Assembly (NCBI GenBank): GCA_047240885.1
Contig: JBKTHK010000004.1
Coordinates: 47 to 64,046 of the forward strand
DNA length: 64,000 bases
From: Slackia sp.
GTDB taxonomy: Bacteria > Actinomycetota > Coriobacteriia > Coriobacteriales > Eggerthellaceae
Direction: 5' to 3'
Each line of letters starts with the position of its first letter. Positions within the stretch are counted from its first letter, which is position 1. Shown here one piece after another: positions 42,746 through 53,000 of this stretch. A program made the translations under genes and the position numbers. The notes under the pieces were generated by a model. That model ran no database searches. It worked only from the letters and a program-made list of their open reading frames with translations, and was not told the DNA's origin.

Positions 42746-43006
42746 AGCACCCTCCTTGTCCGTGCCTTTCGATGTCGCAAACACTACAGCCGCAACGCAC
42801 TCGTTTCGTCACCCCGCCGATGCGAAAAGGAACGCTCACCATGAACGACCAGGTATTCTTCGGGTGTTCTCGACAAAAAATAGCCTTGAGAGGGTGAGAG
42901 CCATCCCTTATTGAAAGCCCGTATTCTGTTACGATTTTTCCGCCATAAGCCGCACAATGGCCACCCGCAAATATGGAATCGCGCAACCCTAGACGAAAGG
43001 AAAGCC

Positions 43007-44593
43007 ATGAAACCACGCGGCGAGGAGCTCATCGCCAATGGAAAAGACCGCAGCAGCGGCAAAGACGCAGCGCGCACCTGCCTCGCGCTGGCGCTTGTAC
43101 TCGTCTCCTCCCATGTTCTAAACGCGGACATCTTCCCCGCCGTTGCCCAGGATTTGCCCGCTGCTCGTGAGATATCAACGTATGGAGGCGTGGCATTTTC
43201 CGTCTTTCTGGCTGTTGCGGCTTACCGCAAACCCTCCCTTTTACGCGAGCGTTTCTGGTTTTTCGCATGCCTCGCAGCAACCGCGATTGCGGCAGCAAGC
43301 CTCTATGGAGGAATCGACGGACATTCGAGCCTCATGCTGGCTATCGGCAGCCCCTTTGGAGGAATCGGCGGCGCTTGGGTGTCTGTTCTTGTGGGGGTTT
43401 CGCTAGCGCAGCGCGGACCGAAGCACGCGTTCGTCGTTGTTCCCACGGCGTTCGTTGTGCAATACGCCGCCAAGGCAGGGGTTCATTTCTTAAACAGCTT
43501 ACCCATCGAAGCGTCCGTTGTGCTGTATGCAACCTCGCTGGCCGCAGCATGCCTTCTCGTGCGACCCGATGCCCGTTCGGTCATGAAAAACATGAGAGAC
43601 TCCGACGCCCCCGATGTGCTGAGCATAACAAGCCCATCGTCGTATCTTCCCTTTTCCAGCCTGATATTCGTATCGATTCTCCTGTTTAACATTGTCTGCG
43701 GGTATTCACTCGCAAGCAGCGAGGCAGAACCTTCCTTCACCGCGTCTATGGCATCTTGCATTCCAGTCTGCGTGGTTTTTGCGGCTGCAGCGATCCGCCG
43801 CCCGCCTTCTCTCGACGCATCGTATCGCACAGCCGTACTCTGCATTATCGCAGGACTGCTCTGCGCGCCATTTGCTCTTCCTGCGCTGCAAGACCAGACA
43901 GGAGAGCAGGCCTATATCGCACTGCTTTCGGCCGGATCCGATTTGTTCAATATGCTGGCATACTGCATAGTGGCCTCCGTCGGATACCGCAACAAACTTG
44001 GAGCAGTCTTCGTTGCCGCAACTGTTCTGGCCGCCCAGTGGCTTGGCATAGGAATAGGAGCCCCAATCGCGCAGATGGCAGCCGCCCTCGGCGCCCTTTC
44101 ATCGCTATGGGCCACAGCCGCCATGGCAATCATCTTCTTCACATTCAACTATATAGGGCTGCGCAATTTCAGCTTCGATCGCGCGGTAGAAACGGTGCTG
44201 CCCGCCCATGCCGATGAAAATATAAGCGACGAAAACGCCTCGGAAAATACCATGGCCCTTGAAGCGAAACCTTCCCGGGTCAAATCAGCAAGCACGAGCG
44301 ACAAGGCAAATGAGCTCGGCATGGTAAGCCCAGCCGCAGCAACGCAGCCCGTTGTCGATCCAATTGACGAAGCATGCTCATCAGTCGCATGCGCATGCAA
44401 TTTGACGAATCGTGAAACGGACGTTCTGCGCCTTTTGGCACGCGGACGCACAAGCCCCTTCATTCAAGAAGAGCTGGTACTTTCACGCAACACCGTGAAA
44501 ACCCATGTGCGCCACATTTACACGAAGCTCGACGTGCACTCCCAACAAGAACTAATCAGCAAGGTGGAGCAGGGAAAGACCGCTCTCGAATAG
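43007..44593 (+). CDS. Multi-TM LuxR-family regulator
   Basis: Many TM helices, then LTNRETDVL..GR...TVKTHVRHIYTKLDVH HTH. Confidence 0.93.
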   Translation: MKPRGEELIANGKDRSSGKDAARTCLALALVLVSSHVLNADIFPAVAQDLPAAREISTYGGVAFSVFLAVAAYRKPSLLRERFWFFACLAATAIAAASLYGGIDGHSSLMLAIGSPFGGIGGAWVSVLVGVSLAQRGPKHAFVVVPTAFVVQYAAKAGVHFLNSLPIEASVVLYATSLAAACLLVRPDARSVMKNMRDSDAPDVLSITSPSSYLPFSSLIFVSILLFNIVCGYSLASSEAEPSFTASMASCIPVCVVFAAAAIRRPPSLDASYRTAVLCIIAGLLCAPFALPALQDQTGEQAYIALLSAGSDLFNMLAYCIVASVGYRNKLGAVFVAATVLAAQWLGIGIGAPIAQMAAALGALSSLWATAAMAIIFFTFNYIGLRNFSFDRAVETVLPAHADENISDENASENTMALEAKPSRVKSASTSDKANELGMVSPAAATQPVVDPIDEACSSVACACNLTNRETDVLRLLARGRTSPFIQEELVLSRNTVKTHVRHIYTKLDVHSQQELISKVEQGKTALE

Positions 44594-44740
44594 CTGCCGG
44601 AAGGGGCGCGCCCTTCAAGGTCTCGCAGCCGAAAGCTTCCTCTGTCGAACATGTTGGGCAATATGGTGGCGTTTTCGTCTAACACGCTCGACAGGCAGAT
44701 TACGCTCGTCAACAGAAACGTTATGCAATTCAAGAATTCA

Positions 44741-44768
44741 TTGCGATTTCGCAACTATTTATTATGAT
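44741..44768 (+). promoter_or_regulatory. Promoter with a palindromic operator over the -35
   Basis: TTGCGA-TT-TCGCAA followed by TATGAT; AT-rich; AGGAG RBS before 44804. Confidence 0.5.
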
Positions 44769-44803
44769 AAGCGTCTCGGAAACGCCTCGGTTAGGAGTCC
44801 GTC

Positions 44804-45187
44804 ATGCTATCTGTCTCTCAAAGCGCCGAAATACTCGGCATCTCTCCCGCGCGCGTGCGCAAGCTCGTTAGCGAAGGCGCTCTCGACGGCGTGAAAATAG
44901 GCGGAACTTGGGCGCTGCAGGAAGCGTCGGTATACGACAGGCTCTCGAAAAAGCCCGCCGCAGGAAGACCCGCACGCACAACCGATAACACGCCCGCAGA
45001 CAAACAAGCCCCAGCACACGACCTGCGCAGCCTTTACCTTGAATGCAAGCAGGCATTTCAATTCGAACCGTCGCTCCAAGCCATCGAAGAAGCGAGGACC
45101 CAGGAAGAAGCGGGGTTCTATATGGCGGTCGCCGACTACTTCATGCAGTACAAGCAGCGCGAATTGATTGCCCAGGGAGTGTACTGA
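44804..45187 (+). CDS. Excisionase-like HTH (HTH_17) fused to a small helical domain; putative antitoxin/regulator
   Basis: LSVSQSAEILGIS..RVRKL..G.L.GVKIGGTW; TGATG coupling to the next gene. Confidence 0.75.
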   Translation: MLSVSQSAEILGISPARVRKLVSEGALDGVKIGGTWALQEASVYDRLSKKPAAGRPARTTDNTPADKQAPAHDLRSLYLECKQAFQFEPSLQAIEEARTQEEAGFYMAVADYFMQYKQRELIAQGVY

Positions 45188-45918
45188 TGAGCGCGCGGGA
45201 GCACATCCCCCGAAACGAAAACGACTCCGTGCAAAATGCCGCCAATTGCGCAATGCCCTCGCGACCCCAATACGTTGTTTTCGCAGGTGTCAACGGCGCG
45301 GGAAAGACAACGCTCTATCAATCAGGATTCTGGCGCAGAGACGAAGCCGACAACGCCTTGGCGCGAGTTAATCCCGATGAGATACTCAAGGCAGCAAAGG
45401 CGAATCCCGATTCGATTAAATCCCAGCTCGAAGCAGGAAGAAAGGCCGTCGATCTCGTTGAAAGGTATTTTGAAAAACGCGTGTCGTTCAATCAGGAGAC
45501 AACGCTGACGGGCCAATCGGCACTGGCTCGCTTGAAGCGAGCGCATGAGCTGGGATACGAGGTGCGTCTCCATTACGTCGGGGTCGAAACCCCCGACGTC
45601 GCCATCGAGCGAGTGCGGCACAGGGCAGACCTCGGCGGACATTTCATCAAGGAAAAGGACGTAAGACGCCGCTTCGAACGCTCGCTCCTCAATTTTGCGC
45701 AGTGCCTCGACTTCTGCGACGAGGTGCGTGTTTACGACAACACCGAAGAGCTTACGCGCATTGCCGTCTGGAAACGCGGCACGCTCTGTTGGTGGTCGGG
45801 CCACAAAGCCGCTTCGTCATGGCTGTTGCGAGCAATGACAAGCGAAGAGTGGCGAAAATCGGACGAGCGCCCACGAGCGAATAAGGGAACGATACCGCAA
45901 GACCGAGACCAACGATAA
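45187..45918 (+). CDS. Zeta-toxin-like P-loop NTPase/kinase (COG4185-like)
   Basis: AGVNGAGKTT, VNPDEI, SFNQETTL, RV..R...GGH and YDNT motifs. Confidence 0.85.
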   Translation: MSAREHIPRNENDSVQNAANCAMPSRPQYVVFAGVNGAGKTTLYQSGFWRRDEADNALARVNPDEILKAAKANPDSIKSQLEAGRKAVDLVERYFEKRVSFNQETTLTGQSALARLKRAHELGYEVRLHYVGVETPDVAIERVRHRADLGGHFIKEKDVRRRFERSLLNFAQCLDFCDEVRVYDNTEELTRIAVWKRGTLCWWSGHKAASSWLLRAMTSEEWRKSDERPRANKGTIPQDRDQR

Positions 45919-45939
45919 AATGAAGCAGCCGGAAAGCCC

Positions 45940-46282
45940 ATCTATACTATTTCGTTCGCTTTTGCCAGCCCGAATGCACGTTGCGACGAAATAGCATGGA
46001 TTCACTCGGGGCATTCGACCCCCATCGGCGATGATGTTTGCAAAACGCCAGGTCAGAAGCTTGCTCTCGATTCTCCCGAAGAAGAGGAGGCGCGCCGTCC
46101 ATACTGTTTCGTCGATGCGTGCATTTTCCTTGCACAAACGCACGAAATAGCATGGATTGCCGGGGTCTGTGCGCGAAGCAGCGTGGATTACCAGGGCTCA
46201 TGTGCGAAATACCATGGATTTCCTACCATCATGGACGAAGCAGCATGGATTTCCCGCCATCACGGGCGAGATAGCATAGATT
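45940..46282. repeat. Non-coding array with a 16-bp core: five copies at a 31-bp period plus three dispersed or inverted copies
   Basis: Core like CGAAATAGCATGGATT starts at 46143, 46174, 46205, 46236 and 46267; another forward copy at 45987; inverted copies at 45940-45954 and 46097-46111. Confidence 0.9.
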
Positions 46283-46358
46283 TCAAGAAAGCAGAGCGCC
46301 CGAAGGCGTCTTTCGAGCATGACGCGCATATTCCGTACACCGCGATCCATGGTCGAAA

Positions 46359-46394
46359 CAATGGAAAAGGCACCCGAAGGTGCCTTTTCCATTG
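46359..46394. terminator. Terminator between the convergent units (end of the pilus operon)
   Basis: CAATGGAAAAGGCACC-CGAA-GGTGCCTTTTCCATTG, a perfect 16-bp stem. Confidence 0.85.
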
Positions 46395-46498
46395 AAGCAT
46401 ATTGCGTATGCGAAGCGCAGATGCGAACTACCCTGGCGCGAATCGTCCTGTGCCCCAGTGCGGGACGTCACATAGGTCGCCGCACAAGCGCGGGCGGT

Positions 46499-47383
46499 TT
46501 ACGCCTTGGTATGCGGCTCGCTATCGGAACCGCAATCGTCAGCGAAGGCCTCGGCGCGCTTTGCGGCAGCGGAAGCGTCGCTCGCGCTAGCTGCGGAGGG
46601 GTCGAACCGCTTCGCGCCGGCCGCATGAGCGCCGGCGAGAGCAGTGGCGCGGCGCCTCCACATCAGCAAGGCGACCGCCGCGAAGGCGCACAGCGCAGCT
46701 GCACATGCCAGCGCGAACATGCCGTCCGAGGTCTTCGCGAATCCGAGCGCGCCTGCCACCTTGTCAGCAAGCTGATCACGCGGATCGGCAGGCTTGCCAC
46801 CCTCGCCAGGACCGGGGCCGGGAATCAAGGGGTCATGCTCAAACTTGGGCGTAACTTCCACGGTATAGGTAAGCACGCCGCCAATCGTCGCGGGAACGCT
46901 TACCAGCGCAGGATCGCAGGAATACTCGGCATTGGCGGGCGCAACGTCGAAGCGACCGATAAGGTACAAGCCGGGCTCAAGCGAAGGAAACGTCACCTTA
47001 CCCGCCGCATCGGCATACGCCGTCGCCTGCGGTTTGACCCCCTGCTTTTCAGCATGGGCGAACACCTCATGCGCCGCCGTGCGCAGGCCCGCGCCGTCAA
47101 GCGCCGCCCAATTGCAATCGATGCCCGAAAACGCCTTCTCGGTAACATATGAGACCGAGGCGGACGTCCCGTCAATTTCGGCCGATGCAACCTTGGTCAG
47201 CGCATAGCCATCACCCGCCAAGGCAACGTGCTCGCCCGCGCGCTCGATGCCGCACGAAAGCTCGATCGACCCCGAAACGGACGCGTAGGCGGGGCTGCGC
47301 CACGCAAAGCACAGCAGCACGATTGCGCACGCAAGCAATACCGCCGCTGCGTTTCTCATGCTAGTGATTACGTCTTTTCGCAT
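46499..47383 (-). CDS. Putative basal/minor pilin
   Basis: Signal peptide; ADAAG..F..LEPGLY; VTPK pilin-like Lys; Pro/Gly linker; FAKTSD + TM + RRR. Confidence 0.75.
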   Translation of the reverse strand: MRKDVITSMRNAAAVLLACAIVLLCFAWRSPAYASVSGSIELSCGIERAGEHVALAGDGYALTKVASAEIDGTSASVSYVTEKAFSGIDCNWAALDGAGLRTAAHEVFAHAEKQGVKPQATAYADAAGKVTFPSLEPGLYLIGRFDVAPANAEYSCDPALVSVPATIGGVLTYTVEVTPKFEHDPLIPGPGPGEGGKPADPRDQLADKVAGALGFAKTSDGMFALACAAALCAFAAVALLMWRRRATALAGAHAAGAKRFDPSAASASDASAAAKRAEAFADDCGSDSEPHTKA

Positions 47384-48413
47384 GTGCCCCTCCTTTCCTT
47401 TCATGCGGGCTCCCTGCCTGCGTTGATCTATAGGATGCGTACGAACCCGGCGCCGCAGGGCGGCCGGGCGGGTTGGGACGTCCATACGCTGCGCGCGAAA
47501 GCTCTTCGTACGAACGAGAAGCAACAGCCCCCGAAACCGCCGCTGCCTGCATGGCAGCGCGCGCCTTGTTCGAGCGCACCTTCAAAACGATCAGCACCAC
47601 CGCTATGACCGCAAGCGCCAGTATAAGCAACGCATACGGCAGCGGAATGTTGATGAAGCTGCCCGTCTTGCCCACCGCCTCATCCATGGACTCCTCGTAA
47701 GGAATGGCATGGCCGCGCACCAACAGCCTATGCGAGTTGATGGCGTACGGTGTGCAGGTGACCAGCGTACAGAGGTCTTCCCCCTCGGCTATCGCGAGGC
47801 TTTCGGTCTCGTGCGGCAGCACCGTCAGGATGCTGTCCACTTCGTAGGCGAACGTCTCATTCAGCACGCGAATGTAGAACTGGTCGCCCGCAGCAAGCTT
47901 ATCGAGCTCCGTGAACAGCTTCGCCGAAGGAAGGCCGCGATGGCCCGAAAGCACCGAGTGGGTGGAAGAGCCGCCTACCGGCAGCGAACTTGTTTCCACA
48001 TGGCCTGCGCCCACCTGCAGCACAGGCTCTTCCACCGTGTGATAGATCGGCATGGTGACATCAAGGCTCGGAATGGTGAGGTACCCCATCATGCCGTCGC
48101 CGTTGAGGTTCAGCAGGCCGTTGTACTCCTGCCGCAGCGTTTCGGCCGAAATGCCCGAGACACCAATGCTGCCATCGGTCGGTTGCACTCCGGCCAACGC
48201 TGCAACCTTGCTGTTGTAAGCATGCGCATCGTCGAGCATCTGCGCGTATTCTTCCTCGGTGAGATTGGCAACCGCCGCGTCGTAGTTGGAAATGACGCGG
48301 CTGGCGTTGCGCTCCACCAAGAAATTGCTCACCGTGGGATAGAGCAGAATACCCAGCCCTACCACCACCAAAATCAACGGCAGAAAATCGCCGAGTCGTT
48401 TACGCATGCGCAC
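47361..48413 (-). CDS. srtC: Class C (pilin) sortase
   Basis: N- and C-terminal TM helices; SSLPVGG, GHRGLP, TLVTCTPY and HRLLVRG motifs. Confidence 0.95.
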   Translation of the reverse strand: MRMRKRLGDFLPLILVVVGLGILLYPTVSNFLVERNASRVISNYDAAVANLTEEEYAQMLDDAHAYNSKVAALAGVQPTDGSIGVSGISAETLRQEYNGLLNLNGDGMMGYLTIPSLDVTMPIYHTVEEPVLQVGAGHVETSSLPVGGSSTHSVLSGHRGLPSAKLFTELDKLAAGDQFYIRVLNETFAYEVDSILTVLPHETESLAIAEGEDLCTLVTCTPYAINSHRLLVRGHAIPYEESMDEAVGKTGSFINIPLPYALLILALAVIAVVLIVLKVRSNKARAAMQAAAVSGAVASRSYEELSRAAYGRPNPPGRPAAPGSYASYRSTQAGSPHERKGGAHAKRRNH

Positions 48414-48421
48414 GTGCTCCT

Positions 48422-49978
48422 TTAACGGACGCTGTGCTTACGACGAACAGCCCAGGCAATGCCGCCGATGATGGCGAGAGCGCCAACAACGGTGAAGATG
48501 ATGGTGCCCATGCCGCCGGTCTCGGGAAGCAGGGTGCCCTTGTTGTTCTGGATGCTGAGGGCAACGTCATTGCCGCCGCCGTTCACCGTCCAGTTATTGA
48601 GCGTGCCATCCTGATCGTAGTTTGCGACAATCGTCACATCGACAGGCTTCTGGAGCTTGTTGTATCCATCGGGAGCCTTAGTCTCGACGAGCTGGTACTC
48701 AGCAGCATCCAGACCCTTGAAGGTGATCTTACCGCTCTCGGGAGTGGTGATGGTGTCAACCGCATTGCCTTCGCCAGTCTTTGCGGAACGCACGACAGCG
48801 GGCTGGGTCTCGTCGCCAGCGTTTTCAACAATCAGCTTGACCGGGGTGCCTTCACCCTTCTTCTGCAGCTGGAAGACAGCGCCGGCAAGGGCGGAGCCAT
48901 CCGTGCCGTCGGTCTTGTTGATGTCGAAGTCGAAGGTATAACCGTGGGTCACGCTGGGAACAGAAGTACCCGTACCACCCTTGATGGGGTCGTTGCTGTA
49001 CTCGAGCTTCGCGCTGTTGCCTGCGTCATCCTGGCCAGCGACGGCATGCTCATTGATGCTTGCAGAATAGGTCACCTTAATTTCCTGGCCGGCCTTGTCA
49101 CCATGCTTCGTCTTGAAGTCGGTCATGATTATTTTCAGCTCGGTAGCAGCGCCATTGCCACCCGTGGCAGAGACGGTGTAATCGACGTCCTTCTGAAGCT
49201 CGGAACCACCAATGGTCACCTTGATGCTGTTCTGGTCAAGCGTCAGGCCCTTGGACAGGGTATCGACGAAATTGAACACGTAGGTGGCGTACTCGGCCAT
49301 GTTGGGAACCTTGGACTTCAGCTCGAAGTTCAGCGTGTCGCCAACCTGGGCGTCTGCATGGTTCTGACCGTCAACGGTCTTCTCGATGGTGGGATATTCG
49401 CTCTTGAGGTTCACATTCTGGTCGGCCTTGACCACGTTCGCCAGGATGGCGTCGGTTCCGCGATTGGCAGTGGAGCCGCCCTCGGGGGAGACCACGTAGT
49501 AGCCAAGAGCGAGACCCGTGAACGTGGCAACATAGCTATTGCCGCTTGCAGAGGCAGTAGCGGTAGCAGTCGCATTGATGCTCTGCTGCTTCGCCCAGTC
49601 GGAAGCCTTCTTGGCGAAAGCAATAACATTAGCATCGTCGTTGGCGCCAAGACCGCTCACGTATTCGACTGCTTTCTGAGAAAGCGCGTCGCCGTCCAAC
49701 GTGGCCATATCGCCACCAATTACGGTCTTAAAGAACGGTGCCCACGCAGTATTGAGCGTGTAGCTTGCATTCTTGCCGTCAGCGGTGACCGTGGCGGAGA
49801 ACATCTGCCACGCCTTGGCCTCTTTGCCGTTAAACTCGGCGCTCTGATTCGTAATGGTCAGATTGCCCGTGGTGGCCGCGAAGGCCTTCGAAGGAGCAAT
49901 GACAAACGCCATAGCGAGCGCCATCATTGCCGCGACGAAAAGCGCCACGGCTTTTCTTGCTGTTGCTTGCATGCTCAT
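48422..49978 (-). CDS. Pilus backbone (major) pilin
   Basis: Signal peptide; K..YP.IEK pilin region; E-box LVETKAPDGY; LPETGG + TM + RRK. Confidence 0.92.
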   Translation of the reverse strand: MSMQATARKAVALFVAAMMALAMAFVIAPSKAFAATTGNLTITNQSAEFNGKEAKAWQMFSATVTADGKNASYTLNTAWAPFFKTVIGGDMATLDGDALSQKAVEYVSGLGANDDANVIAFAKKASDWAKQQSINATATATASASGNSYVATFTGLALGYYVVSPEGGSTANRGTDAILANVVKADQNVNLKSEYPTIEKTVDGQNHADAQVGDTLNFELKSKVPNMAEYATYVFNFVDTLSKGLTLDQNSIKVTIGGSELQKDVDYTVSATGGNGAATELKIIMTDFKTKHGDKAGQEIKVTYSASINEHAVAGQDDAGNSAKLEYSNDPIKGGTGTSVPSVTHGYTFDFDINKTDGTDGSALAGAVFQLQKKGEGTPVKLIVENAGDETQPAVVRSAKTGEGNAVDTITTPESGKITFKGLDAAEYQLVETKAPDGYNKLQKPVDVTIVANYDQDGTLNNWTVNGGGNDVALSIQNNKGTLLPETGGMGTIIFTVVGALAIIGGIAWAVRRKHSVR

Positions 49979-50089
49979 TTCCTTTCTCTTGTCATGCTTC
50001 TTTTTCTCTATGAAGAAACCGACCTACGTCGATGTCTCACCTTGTTCGTTGCGAGTGCAGCGCTTCGACACCGCACCCGCTTTACATCT

Positions 50090-53000
50090 TTACATGCGTG
50101 GCAGATTGAACAGCGAGGCCCGTTCTGGCTGCCTAGCATGCGCGCCTGCCGGCTTCACGGGCGATGCGGCAAACGACCCCACCGGCTGCATTCCAAGCGA
50201 CTGCGCAAATGCAGCCTCTTGCGCGGCGATCATGCTGCGCCGTTTGCGCCACAGCGCGCCGCCGCCCAGCAGAGCCAGCGCCAGCAGGATTAGCATCCAC
50301 AGTCCCGAACCGCCCGTCTCGGGCAGCATGGGCAGATGTGTGTTGGTGATTTCAATCACGCGGTCCGTGCCATCAACGCGGTAGGTGACGGTATAGCCCG
50401 CTTCCTCCAGGCTCTTCCATGCGCCGTCAACCAGCACCTGGACCTCGGTTGCCTCATAGGTGTAGTAGTGAATGGCGCCGTTCTCGTCCGCAAAAGCCAC
50501 GGGCAGACCCGCCACCACACGACGCCAGGTCTCCGTCCAGCCAGATGCGTTGTCTGCCTCCGTCAGGTCGACCTGATGAGGATTGGCAATGGTCTCGGTC
50601 GTGGCGCCATTGCCGTCCTGCACGATGAGGCCGTTCGGCACGATCTTCTCGCCCGCATCGTTGGTATAGGAACCAACCAGCTGCACGCGAATGGCGTCAG
50701 GGCGCAGGCCCTCCTTATCGCCGGCGTCGTTCCAAATCTTCTGGATGGTCACATCCACGCGCGCCTCGCAGGGGTCCTGGCCTTCGTCAGGCTCGGGGGT
50801 GAGCGCGCCGCCGTTGCCGGTCTGCGCGGCATCGAGCATGAGCACGGCCTTAGCCGGGCTTGCATACACGCCGAGCGGCTCTTGGAAGCCCGTTCCCGCA
50901 GCGCCAAGACGAATCGCATCCTTTACGCCTACCCACTTGGTATCGTCATCTCCGGCAGCTCCGCTCGAGGCTACATTCTGGTCATAGCAATTCACCAGCT
51001 CGAAGAAATCGACATCGTAGCGGTCGAGAGCTGTATTCAATGTGCCCGCTCCTTCATCGAGCACAGCAGAAGCCAGCGTCTCGCGACCGCCAACACCGTT
51101 ACGGACAACAGCGTTGGTAGCGCCGTCAACATGAGGCCTATAGATGCGATAGACGTTGTAATTGCCCGCATCGTCGGCACCCACGATGTCTTCCATGTTG
51201 TTGAAGTCCCACACGCTCTTGAGCTTGATGTTCGCAAACGGATCGACCTTTTCAGCCGTGCCACGCACCACGTCGGCGTAGTACATGTCGTTGTGATAGA
51301 GCACGCCTTCGTCGTTGAGGCCCGAGAAACCGCCCGCATAACCGGTGGCGCGATCGGCCGCGCCGTCCGCATTCTGCGATGCGCCGCCGCCGAAGACGTC
51401 GTAGCCACTGACGACGCCCGTGACCGAGCAGCCCTCAACGCGAGCGCGGTTGCCCTTGATAAGCTCGACAGTGAGGTTGGACCTGGCGTTTTCGGTATCG
51501 GTGATGCCGGCCTCGGTGCAAGGGAGCTTAATGGTGGAGTCGCCGATGGTGATGATGGCCACGTCGGTTTCCTGCTGATTCTCGGAACTCGCCTTGGAAA
51601 GCGACACTCCGATCTTCAAGCCGAAGAGATTCACGTACACCGCGTCGCCATCGGCTAGCACCTTAAGATCGAAAATCTTGCCGATGCCAAACCAATCACC
51701 CAAGTTGATAAGGCCGAGGCCTTCAAGCCCAGGAATATAGAGCACCTTGAGCAGCGCATTCACAATGAAGAGCACCAGATCGAGCAGCGGAGAGCTCGCA
51801 TCGGCATCCACCAGGTAGGCACGCTCGGCCTCGCCGGCAAAACCGCCCGCGACCTCACCGCTCGTGACCAGTTTGAGGTTGCCCGCGTCGCAATCCTTGA
51901 CGCGCGCGAGGTCGGCATAGCCCACGAAGCCGCCCGCAACCTCGCGGCCCGATGCCGCATCGGTACCCAAGCCATAATCGGCACCGTTATGGGTGGAGGT
52001 TACGGTGTAGCCGTCGGCCACGCCCGTGACCGTGGAGCGCTCGACATGCGCACCCCACACATCGAGCACGCCCACCGTGGCACCAAGCAGGCTGCTGAAC
52101 TGCGCGTTATCCACATCGACCGTGCCGGCCTTGCCCAGATGGCCCACGAAGCCGCCCGTGTAGTTCACGCCGAACACACTCATAAGGTCGGTCACGGAGC
52201 AGTCTTTCACCGAGCCGTTCACCACGGAGCCGGCAAAGCCGCCCGCCGTACCGGTGAACCGCTTAGAGCTCAGAATGCCCTGCGTGGAGCTATCGTTCGC
52301 ACGCACCTGGAAGCCATCGGCCACGCCGTCCACGTTCGCGTGATAGAAGTAGGGGCGGAACGCATCCACTGCGGCAATGTTACCCGCTTTGATGAGGCCG
52401 AGCAGCAGGTTGGTGCTCTGGTCGCCCTCGGTAGAGCCGGCAACGCTGGCAACGCCCGTCACATCGGCCTGACCCACAAAGCCGCCGGCGTACTGGCCGC
52501 CCTCGACACCGCGCAGTCCGTTGACGGAAACGGTGTCGAGCCCGGAGGTGCCGCCCTCTTGCGTACCGACCACAACCGCCTTGGCAGAACCGGCAAAGCC
52601 GCCTGCCGCGCGAGCATACTTACGCGCATCCGCATTGCCGTACGCGCCTTCGATGATGAAGCCCCACGCACCCGCCGCTGCATCGACCGCTTCATCGACG
52701 GCAGACACCGAAGCGCCGCGCACGGTAGAAACCGTGGCGTTCAAAACCGAGGCTACGCTACTCGGGGTTTCAATGAGCTTGTCGAGCAGCTTTTGCAAAA
52801 GGCCGCTCGACGCGCTGTTGGTGTTCACGTCGGCCACACCCGCAGCGGTGATGATGCCCGCATAGCCACCGATGCAGTTGGCACCGGAGACGTTGCGGAG
52901 ATTCTCGACGTTGCAGCCCGCAGCCTGAGCGCCCTCATGCGTGGCGCCCGTCGTCCAGCGATCGCCATCCTTGGCCGCATCCGCGAAGGTGGCGTCGCCC

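Noticed and set aside
44646..44657. LexA (SOS) box CGAACATGTTGG
   Set aside because: The spacing does not fit GAAC-N4-GTTC. I found no good box upstream of the SRAP gene either.
44804..45187. Prophage or ICE excisionase
   Set aside because: No integrase, att sites, or phage or conjugation genes nearby.
46143..46282. CRISPR array
   Set aside because: The 16-bp cores and 15-bp linkers are too short, the linkers resemble each other pairwise, and no cas genes are in the window.
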